Source: Candidatus Lustribacter sp.
GTDB lineage: Bacteria; Vulcanimicrobiota; Vulcanimicrobiia; Vulcanimicrobiales; Vulcanimicrobiaceae
Assembly (NCBI GenBank): GCA_965277805.1
Contig: OZ255842.1
Span: forward strand, 1,152,001 to 1,216,000
Length of the DNA stretch: 64,000 nt
Direction: 5' to 3'
The notes under the pieces are model-generated. The model was not told where the DNA came from. It searched no databases and saw only the letters and a list, made by a program, of their open reading frames with translations. Shown piece after piece: positions 57,441-64,000 of this stretch. Position 1 is the stretch's first letter; every line of letters starts with the position of its first letter. Both the position numbers and the translations under genes were made by a program.

Positions 57441-58960
57441 CCGAACGCGGTGCCCCGTTGCATGTAGAACTCGAGCGCGGCGCGGTTCGGCACACTTCCG
57501 GCCTCGATGCCGTTCTCGATGATTGCGGCTTCGCCTGATGCAACGGAGAACCGCGGCCAATCAGAGCCCGGAACGCCGTCGCGAGCAAACGCCAACACCG
57601 CGGAGCTGAACGCTTGCGCGAGTTGACGGTCGGCGGGTTGCCACGGAAACGGCTTGGTATCGAGCGTATCGAAAACGTACCAAAGTTCGGCGCCGTGCCA
57701 GGCGCCAAAACCACCCGGCGGCGGCACCTCGCGGAAGCGAAGCGCGGGCGGCAGCGGTACCGGATGAGCGAAATAATAAAGATACACCGGCGCGTCTTGC
57801 GTCGCTGAGTGCAAGTTCGCCCAGCGCCAAGCCTGATACGCGAACGTTCCGTCGCGCCGCACGCGATAACTCTGCGCACGCGCGCCGGCGTCATCGGCAG
57901 CCCCGTATAACTCCATGAACGTTCCGGCAGCAGCGCCGAACGTCGTCTTCCCAAATTCATCAAAGCCGGCGTGCGTGTGCAGCTCGGGGAGCGGATATGG
58001 CGCGCCTTCATCGCTGTTGAAACCAGTGATGAGCGGAACCGGCGCTTGATCGCCGCTGAGGAACGTCGATTCGACGCTGCGCTCGAGCACGTATCCGTCC
58101 ACGATCGGGCCCCATTGTTTGTGGACGCCGAAGAACGCGTCGGCCGGAAGATTGCGCATGTCTTCGAGGCTTCGCGCGCCGAGTTTGTCAACGATCGCGG
58201 CGCCTTCGATCTCGGAAGCCGACAGGTTGGCCATGGGCCCACCGAGCAGGGCCCCGTCGAATCGCCCCCCACTGGCGCCGATCGAACGGTGAAAGAGACC
58301 GCGCGCCAACGGCGAGGCCATCAGCACGCTGACTTCCGCCGCGCCGGCAGATTGGCCATAGATCGTGACACACTCGGGATCACCGCCGAAGGATGCGATG
58401 TTGTCGCGCACCCACCGCAACGCCGCGATGATGTCGAGCGCGCCGTAATTGCCGGACGCGCCGGACTCGCGCGTCAGCTCCGGGTGGGCCAGGAAGCCGA
58501 GTGCGCCGACCCGGTAGTTCAAGGTCACGACGACGGCACCGCGCGCGGCCAGGTTCGTGCCCCACGATACGGGATGCGAGCCGCCGCCCACCCGGTGCCC
58601 GCCACCGAAGATCCACACGATGACCGGCAGCTTTTCTTCCGGTGCGCGCGCGCCGGTCCACACGTTGAGGTAGAGACAGTCTTCGCTCATCCCGCACTCC
58701 GGCGGATCGTCGAACGAGAAGAGTCCCATGATCGCGTTGCGCGGCACGAGCGGTTGCTGGCACACGCTCGCGAAGCGATCGGCGATAAGTACGCCGTCCC
58801 ACGGCCTAACCGGTTGCGGTTCGCGCCAGCGCAACTCGCCGACCGGTGGGGCCGCGAACGGAATCCCTTTGAAGGCTCGTACCTTACCGCCGGCCTCATC
58901 GGCGCCTGAGACGAGACCTCCGGTGACACGGATGGGATCGTGGACAATCGTAACGTTCAT
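57437..58960 (-). CDS. Carboxylesterase type B
   Basis: FKGIPFAAPPVGELRW, SEDCLYLNVW, GQSAG, NSDEG, HGAEL. Confidence 0.93.
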   Translation of the reverse strand: MNVTIVHDPIRVTGGLVSGADEAGGKVRAFKGIPFAAPPVGELRWREPQPVRPWDGVLIADRFASVCQQPLVPRNAIMGLFSFDDPPECGMSEDCLYLNVWTGARAPEEKLPVIVWIFGGGHRVGGGSHPVSWGTNLAARGAVVVTLNYRVGALGFLAHPELTRESGASGNYGALDIIAALRWVRDNIASFGGDPECVTIYGQSAGAAEVSVLMASPLARGLFHRSIGASGGRFDGALLGGPMANLSASEIEGAAIVDKLGARSLEDMRNLPADAFFGVHKQWGPIVDGYVLERSVESTFLSGDQAPVPLITGFNSDEGAPYPLPELHTHAGFDEFGKTTFGAAAGTFMELYGAADDAGARAQSYRVRRDGTFAYQAWRWANLHSATQDAPVYLYYFAHPVPLPPALRFREVPPPGGFGAWHGAELWYVFDTLDTKPFPWQPADRQLAQAFSSAVLAFARDGVPGSDWPRFSVASGEAAIIENGIEAGSVPNRAALEFYMQRGTAFG

Positions 58961-59014
58961 CGCACCGGAGGGGTTCGCGATTCGGCGAACCGAAGCCGCC
59001 CCGCGGAGGCCAAC

Positions 59015-60256
59015 ATGAAGACGACGCTCTTGACCAACCTCTCGATCTTTGACGGCACCGGCGCAGTTATCGCTCCCGGCGAAATATTGATCGAAGGCGA
59101 TACCATCGCTGCCGTCGCTTATGGCTCCGAGCGCATCGGTCGCGAACGCACGGCCGAGGTAATCGATTGCGGCGGCGGGACATTGATGCCGGGGCTCGTC
59201 GAACCGCACGCGCATCTGACGTTCACCTCATCGGTCGATCGTATTGTCCCGACGTTTCTGCCGCCGCCGGAGCAGCACGCGTATATCACCGCGCATAATG
59301 CCAAGACGTTGCTGGACTTCGGCTTCACGTCCGCGTTTTCAGGCGGTGCTATCCGGCCCGCCATCGAGGTCGCGTTACGGGATGAGATCGCGAACGGATT
59401 TCTCCCGGGGCCGCGGATAAAGGCAGCCTCGACCGAGCGCGGTCCCGACGGCGTTCGGCGTGATGTCACCGCCGGCGCCGACATCGTGCGGAATTTTTGC
59501 CGCGAGCAGATCGAGCTGGGTATCGATTCGATGAAGTTCGTGCTCTCGGGTGCAGGCTCGGTCATCCCCAAGCACTTCAACGAGCTCAAGTATGCGGACG
59601 AGGAGCTTGCGGCCGTGAGCGAAGTGGCGCGCGATGCCGGTGTCAACCTCCTAGCCCATGCGTACAACTCCGAATCGATCCAGCTCGCGTTGCGCCACGG
59701 TTTCAACGCCATCTATCACTGCAATTTCGCGGACGAAGAAACGCTGGATCTCATGGAGGAGAAGAAGGCGACGTTCTTCGTGGTTCCCGCCACCGGCATC
59801 ATCGTGTCGGGGTTGACGCGGCGTGACGAAATGTTGCCGGATGCGCTGGAGCAATCTTCCGATGCCCAAGACGGCTTGAAGATGATCTACGATGCGCAGC
59901 TCAAGCTCGTCCCCGAGTTGCGACGGCGCGGCATCCGCGTGCTGCCCGGCGGCGATTACGGCTTCGCTCACAATCCGCATGGGCGCAACGCTTGGGAGTT
60001 CGAACTCTTCGTCGACGAGTTCGGCTATTCGCCGGCTGAAGTGCTGGCGGCGGCAACCGGGGGCGCCGGACCGATCATGGGAATTCCCAATCTCGGACTG
60101 ATCAAGGAAGGCTATCTCGCGGACCTTCTCGTGGTCGATGGGGATCCGGTCAAAGATATTCGCTTGCTTCAAGATCGTAATCGCATTCCGATCGTCGTCA
60201 AAGACGGGGTCTTCCAAAAGCGAGGAGTGCCGCCCGTACTCGCCTTCAATAACTGA
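59015..60256 (+). CDS. Amidohydrolase family protein (prolidase-like)
   Basis: LMPGLVEPHAHL, LAHAY, IYHC, GGDYG, GYLADLLVVDGDP; GGAGG RBS. Confidence 0.9.
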   Translation: MKTTLLTNLSIFDGTGAVIAPGEILIEGDTIAAVAYGSERIGRERTAEVIDCGGGTLMPGLVEPHAHLTFTSSVDRIVPTFLPPPEQHAYITAHNAKTLLDFGFTSAFSGGAIRPAIEVALRDEIANGFLPGPRIKAASTERGPDGVRRDVTAGADIVRNFCREQIELGIDSMKFVLSGAGSVIPKHFNELKYADEELAAVSEVARDAGVNLLAHAYNSESIQLALRHGFNAIYHCNFADEETLDLMEEKKATFFVVPATGIIVSGLTRRDEMLPDALEQSSDAQDGLKMIYDAQLKLVPELRRRGIRVLPGGDYGFAHNPHGRNAWEFELFVDEFGYSPAEVLAAATGGAGPIMGIPNLGLIKEGYLADLLVVDGDPVKDIRLLQDRNRIPIVVKDGVFQKRGVPPVLAFNN

Positions 60257-60273
60257 TTCGCAAGGACGCATTT

Positions 60274-61227
60274 ATGGTGACTCGCAGTTCATTCATCGGC
60301 CGCACAGCGGCTGCGGCGACATCCGCATTCGCCGTGCCCTCGATCATCTCGGCGGCACCGGCGACTCCGTTGAAGGTTGCGGCGTTTCCGATCGACCCGG
60401 AGGGCGTCATCTATTTCGCCAAGGATCTCGGCTACTTCGACGACGCCGGGCTCGATGTTACGTTCTTCCCCTCCGGCGGCGGTGGACCACAAACGATGGC
60501 GGCCATGGTGTCCGGCGACCTCGACATCGCGGTAACCGATCCGACGATCGTTGCCGCTGCCCATCTCCACGGCGTCAATTTTCGCTACATCGCTCCAGCG
60601 GCAATCGCGACCCCGGAGACGCGCACGGACACGATCTTGGTCATGGCCGATTCGAAAATCACAAAGGCTTCGGATTTAAACGGAAAGACGATCGGCACCG
60701 TTTCGCTCAAAGGCCTCCAGCAGCTCATCGGCATGACGTGGGTCGACAAACACGGCGGCGACTCGAAGACCCTGAAGTTCCTGCCGCTCGGATTCACCGA
60801 GATGCTGCCGGCGCTGCAGCAAGGCCGGGTTGATGCCGTGCTCACGACCGAGCCGTTCGTCGAGGCGTCGAAGAGCTTTGCGCGCCAGATGGGGAATGTC
60901 TTCGACGGGATTTCGAATCGCTATCTGGTGCTCGGGTTTTTTGCCGGCGACGACTGGCTCGCCAAGCATTCCGATGTTGCCGCGCGTTTTGCGGCAGCGC
61001 TCAAAAAGTCGGCGATTTGGGCGAAAACCCATCAGCCTGACTCGGCCAAGATCCTCTTGAAGTATTCGAAGATGGATCCGGCGATTGCCATGACGATGCC
61101 GCGAACCGTCTACGGCGAAACGATCGATGCATCGCTCGTCCAGCCGGTCATCGACGCGAGCGTCAAGTACGGCATCCTCGACAAAACATTTCCCGCCGCG
61201 GATATCGTGTGGCAGGGGCCGAAATAA
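60274..61227 (+). CDS. ABC substrate-binding protein, NMT1/SsuA family
   Basis: TRSSF leader; GYFDDAGLDV, DLNGKTIG, WVDKHGGDS, GRVDAV..EPF. Confidence 0.85.
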   Translation: MVTRSSFIGRTAAAATSAFAVPSIISAAPATPLKVAAFPIDPEGVIYFAKDLGYFDDAGLDVTFFPSGGGGPQTMAAMVSGDLDIAVTDPTIVAAAHLHGVNFRYIAPAAIATPETRTDTILVMADSKITKASDLNGKTIGTVSLKGLQQLIGMTWVDKHGGDSKTLKFLPLGFTEMLPALQQGRVDAVLTTEPFVEASKSFARQMGNVFDGISNRYLVLGFFAGDDWLAKHSDVAARFAAALKKSAIWAKTHQPDSAKILLKYSKMDPAIAMTMPRTVYGETIDASLVQPVIDASVKYGILDKTFPAADIVWQGPK

Positions 61228-61240
61228 CCGAAGAACGCTT

Positions 61241-61765
61241 CTAGCGGATGACGGCGCGTTCGATTTCGATCGGCGGGGTAAGGGTTTGGTCTTTGTGCGG
61301 CGCGGTGTGGATCTTGCGCACGACGTCCATGCCGCGTACGACCTGACCGAAGGCGGCGAACCCGCGGTGATCGGCCGCGCGCAAGCCCGTATCGTCGAGT
61401 GCCGGTTGCGGACCGATGCAGATGAAGAAGTCCGTCGTCGCGCTATTGACCGGGCGGTCGCGCGCCATCGAGACCGTGCCGTCGAGGTGACGTAGCCCCG
61501 TCTGCGTCGTCGACTCGAATACGACCGGTTTCGAGCTCACAAACCCCGGCCGGTTGTCGGCCTGGATCACGTCGATCTTCGCCGTGTTTTGCGGCTGGTT
61601 GTCGGGGTGCGTCAAAACGGTGCGAAAGAAGACCCCGTGATTGAACGCCCCGCGCCGGACGTAGGCGAGAAAGTTCGCCGACGTCCGGGGCGCGTGGACG
61701 CGATCGACGTTGATGTCGATCTCGCCCGCGGACGTAAAGAGCGCAACGATGAGGGCGGCAAGCAT
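61241..61765 (-). CDS. Cyclophilin-type peptidyl-prolyl isomerase
   Basis: APRTSANFLAYV, HLDGTVSMAR, FFIC, AAFGQVVRGMDVV. Confidence 0.9.
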   Translation of the reverse strand: MLAALIVALFTSAGEIDINVDRVHAPRTSANFLAYVRRGAFNHGVFFRTVLTHPDNQPQNTAKIDVIQADNRPGFVSSKPVVFESTTQTGLRHLDGTVSMARDRPVNSATTDFFICIGPQPALDDTGLRAADHRGFAAFGQVVRGMDVVRKIHTAPHKDQTLTPPIEIERAVIR

Positions 61766-61818
61766 ATCCCTAGTTGACTTGGTTGAACCCGGCCCCGGTT
61801 CCCGCGGGTCGTAGGACC

Positions 61819-63282
61819 ATGGCACGAACGACGGCTACTCGGAGCGCCGGCCCGCAACCCAGCCGCCCTCCGACACGGGTGAAATCGCCGGCCTTCGGCG
61901 ACCCGCAGCCGACGGCGGATCCAACCAAGTTCGTCGTTAAGCACCCGTCGGACGGTCCATATTACGACGAAATCGACGCCTTCAATAAAAAACACGGTCT
62001 TCACCCGATCCCGTTTCCAGCACCGCGCGGCGGTGTGGAACCGATCCTCACGCTCGAGGCGGTATTAGGCAATAACGCCGCCGCGATTGCCGCGATCAAA
62101 GCGAACAATCAAATCGTTTTCCACTCCACCGGCGACTGCGGCAGCATTCGAGGACCGAAAACGGAGAACTTGGTTGTCGACAAGATGCTGGCCGATTTCA
62201 ATGAAACGCGCAACAGCGAGGTTCCGCAATTCCATCTGCTGCTCGGTGACATCGTCTACAGCTTCGGCGAGGTGAAGTACTACTACGACCAGTTCTATGA
62301 GCCGTACCGGGATTACCCAGCGCCGATTCTCGCGGCCGCCGGCAATCACGACGGCATGGCCGCTCCCGATACGCATGAAGCGAGTCTCGACGGCTTCAAC
62401 CGCAACTTCTGTGCCGAAGACTTCGAGGTTATGCCGGAGGCGGGCGGCCTCTCGAGAACCGCGCAGATCCAACCCGGCGTGTTTTTCACCTTCGACGCGC
62501 CGTTCGTGACCATCATCGTCCTCTACAGCAATGCTCTTGAAGACCCTGGCGTCATCGCGAGTCCGGAGATCGGTGAATCACAACTTGCGTTCTTGCGCGC
62601 CGCGCTCACCCGGCTGAAGGCGGCCAACTATCCGGGTGCGATTTTGCTCGCGCACCATCATCCGCCGTATACGCTCGCCAAACACGGCTGGAGCATCGAC
62701 ATGCAGACGGCGATCGACGGCGTTTGCGCGGAAGTCGGTCTCTGGCCGCACGCCGACCTCGCCGGGCACGCGCACAACTATCAACGCTTTACGCGCCATC
62801 GCAACGACGGCACGGAGATCCCTTACGTCGTCTGCGGAAACGGCGGTCACAACGTGGAGCGCCTAAGCAAGACGAACGGCGCGACGATTCGCGCCCCGCA
62901 AATTATTCAGGAAGCATCGAACGACGATCAGCTCGCGTCTCCGCTGCGCGATCAGGTCGTCTTCGAGAACTACGATGACGGCGACTACGGGTACTTGCGA
63001 ATCATCGTCGACCAAAACCAATTGCGTATCGAATATCATCCCTCGAGCGACGGGTCAGCGGCGAAGACGCCCGACGATTTCGTGACCATCGACCTGAAAA
63101 CGCGGCAGCGCGTGAACTACAGCGCGCCGGTACTCGGCCGGCCCCAAGATGCCCGCGACGTCGCCGCCGTGGCGGCACAAGCGAGGAGTGCCGCCGCACC
63201 GGCGAACGCCGCCAAAAAAGCGAGCAGCCGGCAAGTCGTCAAGAAAAAAGCGACGCGGAAGTCGACCCGCAAAAAGCGGTGA
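61819..63282 (+). CDS. Calcineurin-like metallophosphoesterase with a basic tail
   Basis: GDCG, LGDIVY, GNHDG, HHPPY, GHAHNYQR, CGNGGH. Confidence 0.9.
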   Translation: MARTTATRSAGPQPSRPPTRVKSPAFGDPQPTADPTKFVVKHPSDGPYYDEIDAFNKKHGLHPIPFPAPRGGVEPILTLEAVLGNNAAAIAAIKANNQIVFHSTGDCGSIRGPKTENLVVDKMLADFNETRNSEVPQFHLLLGDIVYSFGEVKYYYDQFYEPYRDYPAPILAAAGNHDGMAAPDTHEASLDGFNRNFCAEDFEVMPEAGGLSRTAQIQPGVFFTFDAPFVTIIVLYSNALEDPGVIASPEIGESQLAFLRAALTRLKAANYPGAILLAHHHPPYTLAKHGWSIDMQTAIDGVCAEVGLWPHADLAGHAHNYQRFTRHRNDGTEIPYVVCGNGGHNVERLSKTNGATIRAPQIIQEASNDDQLASPLRDQVVFENYDDGDYGYLRIIVDQNQLRIEYHPSSDGSAAKTPDDFVTIDLKTRQRVNYSAPVLGRPQDARDVAAVAAQARSAAAPANAAKKASSRQVVKKKATRKSTRKKR

Positions 63283-63301
63283 TCGACTTCCGAGGCCCGT
63301 C

Positions 63302-64000
63302 TTACTGCTTGCGTTGATGCAGCGTGAGGATATTTCCCTCGCTGTCGTTGATCATGGCCATCGTGCAGTTCGGCGTTTCGGTTTGGTAGAGGACCGCTAG
63401 ACCGCGGGCAGCGACCGTCGCGAGCGCTGCCGTCAGATCGTCGACGGCGAACAGGATGCCGTTGTTGGGCTGAAACGGCATGACCTTGCCGCCGCCGCCC
63501 CAGAGGCCGAACGTCGAGCCGTCGGGCAACTCGAACTCACCGCCGCGCCCTTCGGGATAGATCATCGACGGTTCGAGACCGAAGAGATCGCGGTAGAACG
63601 CGATCGCACGGTCGGCATCCTTGCACATATAGCCGTTGAGATCGATGCCGCGAATCGCGAGTGGGGGCTTCGCCAGAACCTCGTCCATGCGCTCGAACGA
63701 GCCGTTCCATCCGGCGTCGTGCCGCTCGCGGCTGGCATCGTCGGCAAAGCCGGTGTGCGTGAAGAGCATCTCGGTACGATCCCCGGCGGCGCGCAATTCG
63801 ATGCTCACGCTGGTCTCGCGCTCCAACGCCGGGTCGTCCTCTTCCCACGTGAACGTAAACGCGAGGCGCTCCGGTTTGCGATATTCCGTAACCGTGCCGC
63901 GCGCGACGAACGGTTCGCCGTTCGACGCCGTCATCGCGATCCGATAGCTGCCGCCTTCGCGTGCCTCGAAGGTTGCCTCGTGCATCGTCGTGCCGGGCGG
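63302..64000 (-). CDS. SRPBCC (Aha1-like) plus VOC two-domain protein (5' truncated by window edge)
   Basis: GGSYRIAM, PERLAFTFTW, HDAGW, then AIAFYRDLFGL...DSEGN. Confidence 0.8.
   Translation of the reverse strand, partial: PPGTTMHEATFEAREGGSYRIAMTASNGEPFVARGTVTEYRKPERLAFTFTWEEDDPALERETSVSIELRAAGDRTEMLFTHTGFADDASRERHDAGWNGSFERMDEVLAKPPLAIRGIDLNGYMCKDADRAIAFYRDLFGLEPSMIYPEGRGGEFELPDGSTFGLWGGGGKVMPFQPNNGILFAVDDLTAALATVAARGLAVLYQTETPNCTMAMINDSEGNILTLHQRKQ

Overview
GC-rich bacterial chromosomal window with about 55 CDSs; no rRNA, tRNA, CRISPR array, integrase or transposase was recognisable. TonB-type outer-membrane proteins point to a diderm, and the gene style recalls Vulcanimicrobiota/Eremiobacterota (inference only). 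Most of the window is aromatic/organic-acid scavenging and transport: two Rieske oxygenases, a LigB-type dioxygenase, a LigJ-like amidohydrolase, a dihydroxyphthalate-decarboxylase-like protein, a Gfo/Idh dehydrogenase, a thiolase/DUF35/CoA-transferase module, five MFS transporters, and eight ABC substrate-binding proteins with no permease or ATPase. The standout is a 14.8-kb, fully overlapping five-gene operon on the minus strand (13816-28627): a phospholipase D, a DUF6603-like beta-rich protein and three large uncharacterised proteins, one with a 45-residue uncharged stretch. It is a candidate undescribed lipid-active or toxin-delivery system. Also seen: a structured REP/MITE-like repeat family at three loci, a frameshifted substrate-binding protein gene, an internally deleted DUF72 remnant, and candidate TetR and MarR operators. 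All product calls come from motif recognition by eye, not database searches.
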